Part shown: positions 25,501 through 38,551 of the stretch, one piece after another | How positions within the stretch are numbered: the stretch's first letter is position 1 | Layout of the letters: every line of letters starts with the position of its first letter | Assembly: GCA_951406725.2 (NCBI GenBank) | Contig: OX597814.1 | Location: 3,658,001-3,722,000, forward strand | Origin: Octopus vulgaris | Lineage: Eukaryota | Reading direction: 5' to 3' | Length of the DNA stretch: 64,000 nt | Program-made: the position numbers and the translations under genes | The notes under the pieces: generated by a model | Databases searched by the model: none | Told to the model about the DNA's origin: nothing | Seen by the model: the letters and a program-made list of their open reading frames with translations, nothing else

Positions 25501-26092
25501 CACTTTGATCTCTGTCGGCACCCTCTTTGATCTCGGTCGGCATCCACTTTGATCTCCGTCAACAACTCCTCTTTGATCTCTGTCGGCACCCTCTTTGATC
25601 TCTGTCCGCACCCACTTTGATCTCTGTCAAAACTCCTCTTTGATCTCTGTCGGCACCCTCTTTGATCTCTGTCAACACTCCCCTTTGATCTCTGTCGGCA
25701 CCCTCTTTGATCTCTGTCGGCACCCACTTTAATCTCTGTCAATCCTCCTCTTTGATCTCTGTCGGCACCCACTTTGATCTTTGTCAACACTCCTCTTTGA
25801 TCTCTGTCGGCACCCTCTTTGATCTCAGTCGGCACCCACTTCTTGATCTCTGTCAACACTCCTCTTTGATCTCTGTCGGCACCCTCTTTGATCTCAGTCG
25901 GCACCCACTTTGATCTCTGTCAACACTCCTCTTTGATCTCTGTCGGCACCCTCTTTGATCTGTGTCAACACTCCTCTTTGATCTCTGTCGGCACCCTCTT
26001 TGATCTCTGCCAACACTCCTCTTTGATCTCGGTCGGCACCCACTTTGATCTTTGTCAACACTCCTCTTTGATCTCTGTCGGCACTCGTCTTT
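22597..26092. repeat. 22/23-bp minisatellite (~150 units) with higher-order structure
   Basis: Units ctctttgatctctgtcggcacc and cactttgatctctgtcaacactc combine as 45- and 67-mers. Rare variants recur at a 1446-bp offset. Confidence 0.97.
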
Positions 26093-26114
26093 AATCACAC
26101 ACACACACATACAT

Positions 26115-26500
26115 AGGTGCAGGTTTGGCTGTGTGGTAACAAACTTGGTTCCAAAACACATGGTCCTCAGTTCAGTCCCACTGTGTGGTAACTTGGCACG
26201 TGTCTTCTGCTAAGGCCTCTGACCAACCAAAGCCTTGTCAGTGGATTTTGTAGACAGAAACTGAAAGAAATTGCATATATATATGTATGTATATATGTAA
26301 GTCTATGTGTGTGTCTTCATGCTTCTCCCTCATAACTGCTTCACAACTGGTGTTCGTTTGTTTACATCCCCATAACTTACTGGTTTCACAAGAAGAAACT
26401 AATAGAATAAGTAGCAGGCCTATCAAAATATTAAAAAAAGCACTACGCAGTGTCACATATTTTTGTTTTCCTACTCAGTTGTATCTATCAATTTATCTTT
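26115..26500 (+). mobile_element. Diverged family A SINE plus flank; 3' part duplicated at 29258-29525
   Basis: aggtgcaggtttggctgtgtggtaa...gttcagtcccactgtgtgg...gtagacagaaactgaaagaa. Confidence 0.8.
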
Positions 26501-26540
26501 GTGTGTGTGTGTGTGTGTACATACATACACACACACAAAT

Positions 26541-26623
<83 letters not shown>

Positions 26624-26689
26624 ATTTCGTAGACAGGTACTGAAACAAATCAGTCGTATATATACGTATGTATATATGTAAGTGTATGT

Positions 26690-29250
26690 TTTGGTATTGG
26701 CAACATGAATGGTAATGGTCAGAGACTACTTTCTGAATTCTGTTCAACTGACCCGTAGTTATCACAGCGCGGATTGTGACACAGATCATTCACTAACAAG
26801 AAGCAGGGTGAAAATTCTGCCTAAAAAAGTCCATCACTCCAAGAAAATGGGTCAAATACGCAATAACACTGCCAGAACCTCGGACCCAACACTGCTGTTT
26901 CTATCAAGGTTGCCCTCATTAGCTGCCCAACCTCCTCTGCTGAAAGTAGGTGGAATTATATCAGGGAGGCTTTGTATACCACATCAATTGATACTTTCGG
27001 CATGAGAGAGAGGCAAAACCCAGATTTTGTTCAGTGCTGGGCTCTCAGAGCTGGAAACAATTATCGAAGCAAAGCGTGCAGCTCCGATGCAATACAAGAG
27101 TGATTCTTCTACAAAGTCACTCGAAGAACTCAGAAAGGCAAGAAATGAAACCCAACTGACTGCCAGACGCTGTGCAAATGAGTATTGGCAGGATGTCTGT
27201 CAGAGTATTCAGTCAGCAGCTGACAGTGGCGACACCCGTGGGATGTATGCCGGTTTGAAGAAGGCCCTCGGTCCATCCGCAACCAAGTCAGCCCCTCTGA
27301 AATCAACTACTGGAGATCTCATCAAGGACCAAAGCAAGCAAATGAATACATGGGTGGAGTACTACCAGGATCTGTACTCACGGGAGACCACGGTAGCTGA
27401 GGCTGCAATCGAGGGTGTCAAGATCTTACCAGTCATGTGTGAACTTGACAGTCTACCATCTATAGTAGAGCTCACCAAGTCTATTGACTCCCTAGCAAGT
27501 AACAAGGCTCCGGGAAAAGACGGCATCCTTTTACAGATCATCAAAACCGGCAAAAACATTCATGAGCTTCTGTGTCAGTGCTGGGAAGAGGGTACAGTCC
27601 CTCAGGATATGCGGGATGCTAACATCATTACGCTTTACAAAAACAAAGGTGACCGGGGTAACAATTACCGTGGAATATCTCTTCTAAGCACTGTTGGAAA
27701 AAGCCTCTGCTCGCATTATCCTGTCCAGGCTACTACTGCTTGCTTCTCGAATTTATCCAGAATCGCAGTGTGGCTTTAGAAGAAGCAGATCAACTATTGA
27801 CATGATATTCTCCATACTCCAACTTCAGGAGAGGTCCAGAGAGCAGAAAATGCCATTATATATGGCCTTCATTGATTGGCCTTTGACTTGGAAAGTAGAA
27901 AAGGCCTCTTCATCCTGCTCCAAAAAATCGGATGTCCACCAAAGCTCCTGAGGATCATCAAATCTTTCCATGATGATATGCAAGGCACCATACAGCACAA
28001 TGGTTCAACAACAACTGCCTTCCAAATAAAAATCGGGATAAAGCAAGGTTGTGTCCTTGCTCCTACATTATTTGGCATCTTCTTCTCGCTGCTGCTGTCA
28101 CATGCCTTTGAGACATCAGATGATGGAGTGTTTCTGCACAGTAGAAGTGATGGGAAACTGTTCAATCTCTCACGTCTGCGTGCCAAGACCAAAATCAGAA
28201 GCGTCCTGATCAAGGGGATGCTACTTGCTGATGATGCCGCTCTGGTATCACACACAGAAGAAGCCCTGCAAAGGCTCATCAACTGTTTTGAGCAAGCATG
28301 TGGCAACTTTGGCTTAGTTATCAGCCTCAAGAAGACCAACATCATGGGTCAGACTACATCGGACATCTCAAACATACATATTGGAGACCACAGATTACAG
28401 GAGGTTGAGAAATTTACCCATCTTGGCTCTACCGTCACCTACAACCTATCCCTTGATGCTGAGCTCAATATACGCATTGGCAAGGCAGCTGCTGTGATGG
28501 CCCAACTCGCCAAACGGGCATGGGACAACAATAAGCTGACCAAGACCACCTAAATGAAGATTTACTAGGCATGCGTACTTAGCACTCTACTGTATGGAAG
28601 TGAGACTTGGACGCCATACACACGCCATACGACGCCATACGTCGCCTAAATATCTTTCACCTGCGCTGCCTCCGGAAAATCCTTCGCATCAAATGGCAGA
28701 ATCATGTCCTCAACAAAGATGTCCTCAAGCAAGCAGGAATACCAAGCATGTTAGCACTCCTCACACAAAGACGTATGAGATGGCTTGGACATGTTAGCCG
28801 TATGGAAGATGGCAGAATCCCCAAGGACATACTCAACGGAGAGCTTGCTAAGGGCACTAGGTCTGTGGGAAGACCTTTCTTACGATACAAGGACGTTTGC
28901 AAAAGGGACATGAATGCCTGCAACATCAATATTACTAACTGTAAAGCAGTTGCCAGCAACCGTGGATATTGGCGACGTACCGTAAAAGAGGGAACACAAA
29001 GAAGTGACATAGAGAGAGAGAGAGGAGAAATGGAAAGACAAGAAAAGACGTCAACAAGAAACTATGACATTACAACCAGCCAGGCAAAGTCTTCGCTACA
29101 TTTGCGGTACCTGCCAGAGGGAGTGTTCGTCCAGGATAGGACTACACAGCCACAGCAGGAGATGTATTAGGACATGAAATGTAAAAGCCGGACTAGATTA
29201 TTTTATGCCCAACACCATTGTCTCCCGAGACAACAAGGATGCCAACAACA
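26690..29250 (+). mobile_element. RTE-clade LINE, 5'-truncated and disabled (APE remnant, RT, C-terminal zinc finger)
   Basis: FGIGNMNGNGQRLL and SADCDTDH (endonuclease). KAPGKDG, NYRGISLLS, ESQCGFR, GIKQGCVLAPTLF and LLADD (RT). MRWLGHVSRMEDGRIPK, then CGTCQRECSSRIGLHSHSRRC. Tail ccattgtctcccgagac...gatgccaacaaca. Multiple frameshifts and stops. Confidence 0.95.
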
Positions 29251-29522
29251 ATATATATGGATTTCGTAGACAGGAACTGAAACAAATCAATTGTATATAT
29301 ATGTATGTATATCTGTAAGTGTATATGTGTGTCTTTGTCTCTGTGTTTCGCCCTCATCACTGCTTCACAACTGCTGTTCATTTATTTACATCCACATAAC
29401 TTACTGGTTTCACAAGAACAAACTAATAGAATAAGTACTAGGCTTATCAACATAAAAAAAGCACTAGGCTGTATCTCATACTTTTGTTTGCCCACTCAGT
29501 TGTTTCTATCAATTTATCTTTG

Positions 29523-29579
<57 letters not shown>

Positions 29580-29872
29580 TTATAAGTATAAATTAATAAT
29601 TAAATTTTTTTTATTTTTAACTTTTAATTTAAATAATTTAAATTTTGAATATTATATTTTATATATTTTGCATATTATATTAATTGATTTTATTTCTATA
29701 TTTTGGTTTATGTTTTTCACTGTTTGATTTGCCTAATAGTGCTTTTATCTCTAATTTAATATATATATTTATATTTATACTGTGAAATTAGATTTAATCC
29801 TAAATCTAATTTTTCCCTGTAAGTTTCGATTTACTCCCTAATATTATTATTATACACACACACACACACACA

Positions 29873-29943
<71 letters not shown>

Positions 29944-29945
<2 letters not shown>

Positions 29946-31000
29946 CACCCTAATGGGGGCCTTAACTCCCAAATTTTAGTAATTTCTTTTATGATCCAAA
30001 CTAGTCAAAAGTGCTGAATGCATCTTTATGAAATTTGGAAATTATATTCTATGCATAAGGGCCACAACCCCCATGACAATTCCTATATTTTTGCTGTTGA
30101 TGAAATTTTAACCATAAATATGAGACACAAATGAAGTAATACTTATAAAATTTCATCTTCTTACAAAGTTAGAAAGACCCCTTCATGGGGACTTAACACC
30201 CACAATTTTGTCATTTTATCTAAGCAAAAACGAATACAGTTGTGCTCTTGGAAACTGCAGGGTTACCCGAGCATAAAAGTTGGGCATTATTTCTAATTCA
30301 ATGGTACAACAGTGTAACAGTTTGCTTTGACATACACTTACATTGTGATTTCTGCAATGTGCTGCATAAATTGTTAAGTAAGTGAGAGGCATCTTTGCCT
30401 CCACTGATTCAGTTGCAAAGTGTTGAGTAAAGTTATTTGATTGCAGACTTCCTTTCAGTCTTTTTATTATCACTGGGTCACGCATAATCCCCAGATGGTA
30501 ACATTGATTTCAAGGCCTTGCCAAATGAGTGACTGGTTATTCAAAGACATTTATAGATTTTGAATTTATTCTGTCCAGTTACGTATCAGTATAGTGGTCA
30601 TCTGCAAACTCCAGAGGTGACACTTTCATTTCTCCTTAGCCCTCACGTCACACAATTGTTAATGTTGATTTCAGTTGGGTCACGCCCTTCCAATTGCTAT
30701 AGATTCGTAATGCATCTTACGGCTGTGCCTGTCACCTGGATGGTGAGGAATCCTACATTGGGAGTGGTAACGACTAGGGTAGGGTAACTGACTGCTTATT
30801 GTGATCATTCGTCTTTTGGTTTCCAGTAGCTTTGCTCTCTTTTACAAACCCAGTGAACATATATTTCCTATCTGAAATAAATTCAAACAATAGATATAAG
30901 ACCCAAGTTAAAAAGATTTTCAACAATTAAACTTCTCTGGTTGACCTTAAGATGCCCCCCCCCCCCAACAGGGGCCTTAACTCTCACATGTTAGAGCTCT
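29944..31000. mobile_element. Probable degraded DNA-transposon remnant with subterminal repeats
   Basis: The motif gggg(c/a)cttaac(t/a)c recurs at ~29956, ~30187 and ~30971 around higher-complexity internal sequence. Superfamily not recognised. Confidence 0.35.
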
Positions 31001-31234
31001 ATGACCTTCATTTTTCAGGAGCAAAATCTTTTTAACAGGTTCAGTAAGACTGGAATTTTGGAATATGCGCATAAAAATCAGTAGTATGGGATATATGTGG
31101 CACGATTACAATTTTGTTTGGGTGTGTAAAGAGGGAAATAATCCTCATCTGCAATTTTGATGAAATTCGAAACATAGATATTCCAGTTCATTACAGAAGA
31201 TATAAGAGGAAGGTCTAATTCTTCAAGTGAATGT

Positions 31235-31263
31235 AACCGGGCAACGCCGGGTATCTCTGCTAG
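31235..31263 (+). mobile_element. Helitron 3' terminus
   Basis: aaccgggcaacgccgggtatctctgCTAG|T, the same hairpin core as 14288-14315 and 19214-19242. Confidence 0.8.
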
Positions 31264-31647
31264 TACATATATATATATACACCATGGCTACGCCTGCATA
31301 TAGTCTTTTCCATTCTTCCCGAGCGTTAAACAAATACACCTGCTTGTTGTTTTTTCACCTGTCTTTGTCGTTTGTTTTCTACAGATTCGAATTATACATA
31401 CATAAGGTTTAGGATAAACCTTTAGGTGTATTCAAGAGGTGCCAGATTCCAGTGAAGCTTCCTAGGTGCGTAAATAACTTCACGACAAAAGTAAATTTCT
31501 TGTTCTGGTTATTTCTCTGTGGTCAGAAAAGAGTGAACCCTCTGAATCGAGTTTCGAGTCCGACAGGGAATTATGAAAGTTTGAAATAGTCAACTACTGG
31601 AGAGGTAGAAATGTGTAGACCAGTTTATTTTACTTTTAGTTTTTTAT

Positions 31648-31789
31648 AGACGCAGATGTGGCTATGTGGTAATAAATTTACTTCCCAACTAAATAGTTCC
31701 CGGTTCAGAAACCTTGGGCAGGTATCTTCTACTCGGGTCGACCAAAGCCTTGTGAGTGGATTTGGTAAATTGAAACTGAAAGAACACGT

Positions 31790-31792
<3 letters not shown>
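31648..31792 (+). mobile_element. Family A SINE head, degraded
   Basis: agacgcagatgtggctatgtggtaa...ccttgggcaggtatcttctact...ccaaagccttgtgagtggatttggta. Confidence 0.75.
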
Positions 31793-31864
<72 letters not shown>

Positions 31865-32003
31865 CCTGTTTGTGTCTGCCTTCCAATTGCTGTTTTTACT
31901 GAGATCTCCCTTTTTAGTAGAAGAAATAGCTATAACTCTTTGACTGCTATTTCTAAATTCGGTATGTGGTAAGGCAATTCGTTGCTAAACCCTTTATTGC
32001 TTA

Positions 32004-32059
<56 letters not shown>

Positions 32060-32091
32060 TCTTTTTTACTCTTTTACTTGTTTCAGCCATA

Positions 32092-32765
32092 TTAGGTTGT
32101 CCGAAAATAATGACAGATTTCAGAAACAATTTTATTTTGGAAAAATGAACAATAGATATGTTTTGATTAGTCAAAGTATGAGTCGTGAGCATCTTTGCAT
32201 CCCTGCCATCGATTCATGAGATTATTTATGCCTCGTTAATAAAAACTTATTGGCTTTGATGCTAAGAAATCTTTGAAAGCTGATTCCACCTCTAGTTTGG
32301 ACCTGAAATTTTTATCACTTAAAAATGTGTTTAAATGCTTTAAAAAATGGTAGTCAGTAGGGGAAAGATCAGGAGAATATGCAGGGTGTGGTAAAGTCTC
32401 GAATCCCAAGTCTGTGAGTTTCTGCAGCGTTATTCTTGCAACATGTTGCTTTGCATTATATTGGAGCAGAATTGGTCCACACCGATTTACCAATGCAGGT
32501 TTCCTTTCTTACAAGTGCGCATGCATTTCAGTGAGTTGATTGCAGTAAACCTCTGCTGTAATGCACCGATTGGCTTCCAGAAAGATTTAATGGACAACCC
32601 CAATTGCAGACCACCAGACTGTCACCATAATCGTTTGCTGATGCAACTTTGGCTTTGGGAAATATTTGGGGCACTCATCACGAACAAGCTATTGACCTGA
32701 TTGTTTACGGTTATCATAAAGGATCCACTTTTCGTCACAAGTGACTATTTGGTGGAAGAAAAGGA
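32092..32765 (-). mobile_element. Mariner (DD34D) transposon, 3' half with one TIR; transposase pseudogene
   Basis: IVTCDEKWILYDN...VTVWWS...LLQYNAKQH (second D lost)...HPAYSPDLSPTDYHF. TIR ttaggttgtccgaaaataatgac is preceded by TA at 32090-32091. In-frame stops present. Confidence 0.93.
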
Positions 32766-32835
32766 TAATTGGTGTTTCGTAGAAAGAGCGGCCATTATTT
32801 TCAGAACAGCTTAATATGTTTTCTTCTATTCTTAT

Positions 32836-33050
32836 ATGTGTTTCAGTCATTTGACTGCGGCCTTGCTGGAGCTCCGCCCCAAGTCGAACAAATTGACCCC
32901 AGGATTTATTCTTTGTAAACCTAGTACTTATTTTATCGGTCACTTTTGCCAAAGTGCTAAGTTACTGGGACGTAAACACACCAGCATCACGTCGGTTGTC
33001 AAGCGATCGTGGGAGGACAAACACAGACACAAAGATACACACACAAATAC
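32836..33050 (-). mobile_element. Family A SINE, 3' half
   Basis: tgtttcagtcatttgactgcggcc...ggttgtcaagcg...ggacaaacacagacac. Confidence 0.85.
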
Positions 33051-33054
33051 ATAC

Positions 33055-33122
<68 letters not shown>

Positions 33123-33618
33123 GGGTTATGACTCTTTGATTTTCTGGAAGTAGACAATTTTCTGTCAAAGGTCGAGGAATAATTTCATATAAGGAAAGTA
33201 ACATTTTTAAAAAGTTTCTTTTAAAAAACGTCACTCCCAACTGAAGAGATCTACAACCACATTTGACCCAAAGCATAAAGTGGTCCATAACTCCTACTCA
33301 GGTTTTTACCAAACTTGGTGTGCTCCCTTAATGCAACGCAGAAGCAGTATATCTTAAATTTCAGTTTTCAAGTTTGAGTAGTTTAGGAGTTTTAGAGTTT
33401 TTAATTTGTTACCACTTAGGCCTTACTTTAGGAAATATCCTCTTACTCTCCTTTTTATTTCTATGACACTATTGATCCCTTTTGATCGATTTTTTTCTTT
33501 TGCCTTTTATTTTATACCCCCACCAACTTTTTTTTGCTTTCCTCTTTCTTTCCTTTTACGATCCCTTTTGATCGAAAACCAAAACCCCTTTTTTTATCCC
33601 CAAAAAGAAAAGCTCTAA

Positions 33619-34199
33619 TACATACATACATACATACATACATACATACATACATACATACATACATACATACATACGTACGTACGTACATACATACATA
33701 CATACATACATACATACATACATACATACATACATACATACATACATACATACATACACACATACATACATACATACATACATACATACATACATACATA
33801 CATACATACATACATACATACATACATACATACATACATACATACATACATACATACATACGTACGTACGTACATACATACATACATACATACATACACA
33901 TACATACATACATACATACATACATACATACATACATACATACATACATACATACATACATACATAAATACATACATACATACATACATACATACATACG
34001 TAAATACATACGTACATACATGCATACGTAAATACATACATACGTACATACATACATACGTACGTACGTACATACATACATACATACATACATACATACA
34101 TACATACATACATACATACATACATACATACGTAAATACATACGTACATACATACGTACATACATACATACATACATATATACATACATACATACGTAA

Positions 34200-34230
<31 letters not shown>

Positions 34231-34380
34231 CATACATACATACGTAAATACATACATACATACGTACATACATACATACATACATACATACATACATACA
34301 TACATACATACGTAAATACATACATACATACATACATACATACATACATACATACATACATACGTAAATACATACATACA

Positions 34381-34414
<34 letters not shown>

Positions 34415-34552
34415 CATACATACATACGTACATACATACATACGTACGTACGTACATACATACATACATACATACATACATACATACATACATACATACA
34501 TACACACACACACATACATAAATACATACATACATACATATACATACATACA

Positions 34553-34580
<28 letters not shown>
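33619..34580. repeat. (TACA)n tetranucleotide tract, ~960 bp
   Basis: Direct reading, with TACG and TAAA variants. Confidence 0.98.
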
Positions 34581-34584
<4 letters not shown>

Positions 34585-34585
34585 A

Positions 34586-34997
34586 AGGCGCAGGAGTGAC
34601 CGTGTGGTAAGAAGCTTGCTTTCCAACCACATGGCTCCGGGTTCAGTCCCGCTACGTGGCACCTTCTACAAGTGTCTTCTACTATAGCCTCAGAAGGTTA
34701 AATCCTTGTGAGTAGACATAGTAGACGGAAACTGAAAGAAGCCTGCCGTACACACGTGTGTGTGTTTGTGTGTGTGTGTTCGTGCGTGTGCGTGTTTTTG
34801 TCTTTATGGTTTGTGTTTGTCCCCCACCACCACTGGACAACCGGTGTTGGCATGTTTACGTCCCTGACAAAAAGATAGCGATAGTATAATAACCAGGGTT
34901 TAAAAAAATAATTCATTCAGTCGATTTGTTCGACCAACACCTTCAAGACGGTGCACCAGCATGGCCGCAGTCAAAGTACTGACACATAAGTAAAATA
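34586..34997 (+). mobile_element. Full-length family A SINE
   Basis: Head aggcgcaggagtgaccgtgtggtaag, B box ggttcagtccc, tail cagcatggccgcagtcaaa. Confidence 0.88.
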
Positions 34998-35009
34998 AAA
35001 TAATATATA

Positions 35010-35214
35010 CGATCGTGACGATGCCGGACCCTCCGGCCCCTGTGCAGGTGGCACGTAAAAAGCACCCAATCCACTCACGGAGTGGTTGGCGTTAGGAAGG
35101 GCATCCAGCCGTAGAAACTCTGCCAGATTCAGACTGAAGCCTGGAGCGGCCCCTGGCTTCCCAGACCCGGTCAAACCGTCCAACCCGTGCTAGCGCGGAA
35201 AGCGGACGTTAAAC

Positions 35215-35250
<36 letters not shown>
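35010..35250 (+). mobile_element. 3' part of an RTE-related SINE or bipartite element with (GAT)n tail
   Basis: ggttggcgttaggaagggcatccagccgtagaa and caacccgtgctagcgcggaaagcggacgttaaac(gat)n resemble RTE-derived 5' and 3' UTR modules (recognition from memory). Confidence 0.65.
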
Positions 35251-35426
35251 AGATATATGTAAGGGGAATTTTCCTTGTTTTGTATGTCCTCTACTCTATT
35301 TTTTCGTTGTTTAAGAAAAATGTCCATTTCCTTGGTTTTGTGTTTATCTTTTCGTTTCTCATTGTGTTCGACGTTTTTTTTTTGGTGTCCTGTACCCATA
35401 TATGCATGTATATATATACATGTAGA

Positions 35427-35644
35427 GGCGAGCTGGCAGAATCGTTAGCACGCCGGGCGACATGCGTAGCCGTATTTCGTCTTCCGTTACGTGTTCTGGG
35501 TTCAAATTTCGCCGAGGTCCACTTTGCTTTTCATCCTTTCGGGGTCGATAAAATAAGTACCAGTTACGTTCTGGGGTCGATGTAATCGACTTAATCCCTT
35601 TGTCTGTCCTTGTTTGTCCTCTCTGTGTGTTGTAGTAAAGAAAT
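35427..35644 (+). mobile_element. Family B SINE (tail A) with ~19-bp TSD
   Basis: ggcgagctggcagaatcgttagcacg...gtagtaaagaaat, flanked by atatatatacatgtagagg (35410-35428, 35666-35684). The empty-site homologue is visible at 41900-41990. Confidence 0.88.
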
Positions 35645-35813
35645 ATATATACATGTAGTAAAGAAATATATATACATGTAGAGGTAGGTACGTACATATA
35701 TGTATGTATATATGCATATGTTTTATTTATTAATTTGTTAGTATATATACATATATATATATTTATTTATTTATTTATTTACATACACACAGACAGACAC
35801 ACAAACACACACA

Positions 35814-35896
<83 letters not shown>

Positions 35897-36702
35897 AGGG
35901 ACAGTGGAATACCAGGCTACGATGACTTAGCGAAAGTCGGCGTAGGTATAAATAGACGACCTGGCCCAGTCATCGGTGTAGAGGCAAGCTTCTAGTTGTG
36001 ATCGGAGAACCAGTTTCAGATTACGTACGTTTAGACAGTGCGTCTGTGTTACAACCACTTAGTGGCGCTGTTTGCCGCCATGGCTAGTGTCGGCGGGTAT
36101 CTCTGACGGCACCTCGAAACCTGGGTACCATTATATATAAACGCACCCTGCTACCCAAACTTCTCTCTCCCTCTCTCCCTCGCTCTCTCTTTCTCTCTCT
36201 CTCTCTCTCCCTTTTCCTGTATCCTTCGTACTCCTCCCATTTTGTCTTCCACTTTTTCACCGTCTTTCTTTTTATCTTTCTCCTCTTTTTCTTTCTGTCT
36301 GTCTATCTTTCTATCTTTCTTTCTTTCTGTCTATCTGTGTCTCTCTTTCTCTCTCTCACCCCTCACGCAGACACACACGCGCGCACTCACACATACAGAC
36401 GCTCACAGACACACGCTGGCACTCATTCTCACACTCGTACCACTACACATGCGTACGCACAACACACCCATACACACTTACATCCATTCATTCACATGTT
36501 CTCACATACACACCAGCACCACACCCACACACTTCTCTCTCTTCCTCGTTCTCTCTCACACACACCACACACTCACACACGCACACACACACTCACTCAC
36601 ATACACACGCGCTGCCATACACGCTCGCGCGTACGAAATACGGTTTCGATTCCGGCAGTTTCCGACTCCTGGCCGAATACATTGAACATAAACAGCCTAA
36701 AC

Positions 36703-36800
36703 CCGTAGTTCCCAAACTTTTTCAGGCTGTCGCCCCCTTGGCACCCAGGCCACATTCCTAGCGCCCCCTTACCCTCCCCACCACAGTTATAGACCACCTT
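36703..36800 (+). mobile_element. hAT-MITE left end fragment
   Basis: ccgtagttcccaaactttttcaggctgtcgccccc resembles the CAGTGGTTCCCAAACTT hAT terminus. No partner end seen. Confidence 0.45.
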
Positions 36801-37475
36801 TCTGCAGCAAATTCAAAACAACTTTATTTCGCAAATAAAACTTAAACCTAATTACCCCATCGGTATTTTTTTTTTACATCTATCGCCCCATTTTGACCAC
36901 CCCATCATCATCAAACTTATCTTCAACGCCCCCCTCCTCTGGATCTTTCCAGGATCTTTTCTAAAAGATGGACAGAATTTCTACTTGACTAAATAATTTG
37001 AAACTTCGTATACTGGTAGAATGTGTCAAAAGAAAACATTAATTTCAATTAGTTTTTTTTGAGAAAATTGTATTTTGTAACTTTTACGTAGTTTAATTCT
37101 TACGTAGTTTAATTTTAACCAATGAAATCGCAGCATTTGAGCTAAATTCAGTTGAGCTGCGTCGGGAGGATATTGAAGAGCTGTAGACCTCTGAAGCCCA
37201 GGCTATTGCAGTATCTTGTCCTACATCTTGATGGCAAATTTGGAGTCCTTGGCCCTATGCAGTGGCGCCCAGTTCTAGTATTTATGTAACTGTCGATGGC
37301 AAAGTTTGGGACAAGGCCTTCCAGGATCTTCCAGATGTATATTATGGCATATCTTTCTCGCCTACGCTCTAAGGAATAGAGTCTTAATCTCTCGAGTCTT
37401 TCCCAATAACTTATATGCTACATAGAGGCTATCTTCTTCGTGTAGCTTCGTTGGATTATATATATATATATATAT

Positions 37476-37546
<71 letters not shown>

Positions 37547-37708
37547 TTGCTATTTCTAATGAGTTCAGTATGTGGCAAAGTAATTTATTTTACTAAGCCC
37601 TTTTATATAATGTAATAATTTGAATTCGCCTTAAATGGTCCCTTTACATACTGAACACTTGGTGAAATTGATTAATAATTAATTAATTAATTTTACCCTC
37701 AATTGTTG

Positions 37709-37804
<96 letters not shown>

Positions 37805-37923
37805 TAAAGTTAATCCAAACATGAAAACACAAAGAAAAACACAACAACGCGAGGACGTGGAACAAATATAGTATTATTGGACGCTCAGGAAAGAAGAAAA
37901 GAAGGAGGGTTTAACGTTTCGAG

Positions 37924-37971
<48 letters not shown>

Positions 37972-38104
37972 TACAGTTATATTTCGGATAATTGACGTTT
38001 TTTCATTTTGCCAAATAAACACACGCACTTCACTTCAGATTATTATTGTTCTTTCGTGACGCATCCCGTCACCTCTTCAGCGGATCTTCATAAGTTTTTT
38101 TAAT

Positions 38105-38376
38105 ACAAGAAAAATATTTTTTTTCCAACATGCAAATACTGAACTGTATATATATAAAGGATAAAATCCTTTTAAGAGCTGAAAAATCTGCCTGCAACCA
38201 GGCATGAGGCAGTTTGGCTTAAAGGGTAGAGCGCCCCAACCGGATATTGGAGAGCTGTGAGTTCGTTCCTCGTGGCTGGTTGCCGGCAAAATTTATCTGC
38301 TTTTAAAAGGATTTTATCCTTTATATATATACTGTTCAGTATTTACGTGTTGAAAAAAACCACATCTTTCTACTTG
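38105..38376. mobile_element. Fold-back/MITE-like element with ~100-bp inverted arms
   Basis: aatactgaactgtatatatataaaggataaaatccttttaagagc...gcaacca is inverted as tggttgcc...gcttttaaaaggattttatcctttatatatatactgttcagtatt. Confidence 0.8.
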
Positions 38377-38551
38377 TTCTACAACACAATTTCAACGATT
38401 CAAAAACAAACTTTTATTTACATATGATACGAGAATTTTAATGGAATCAAACAATCTTTAATCAAGATCACTCTCAATGTCTCTCTGCATTAGCATCAGG
38501 TGGTAATTGCCGAGTGTTTCACATACACGCAATATTGTATTAATATAACAC

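Noticed and set aside
22597-26092. CRISPR-like regular repeat array and repetitive ORFs (MPTEIKEGADRDQRG…)
   Set aside because: Units are head-to-tail with no unique spacers, no cas genes and a eukaryotic context. ORFs arise from 22/23-bp periodicity and break frame constantly.
32236-32760. Host SETMAR-like gene
   Set aside because: Only a transposase fragment with stops, a lost catalytic Asp and a TIR. No SET domain.
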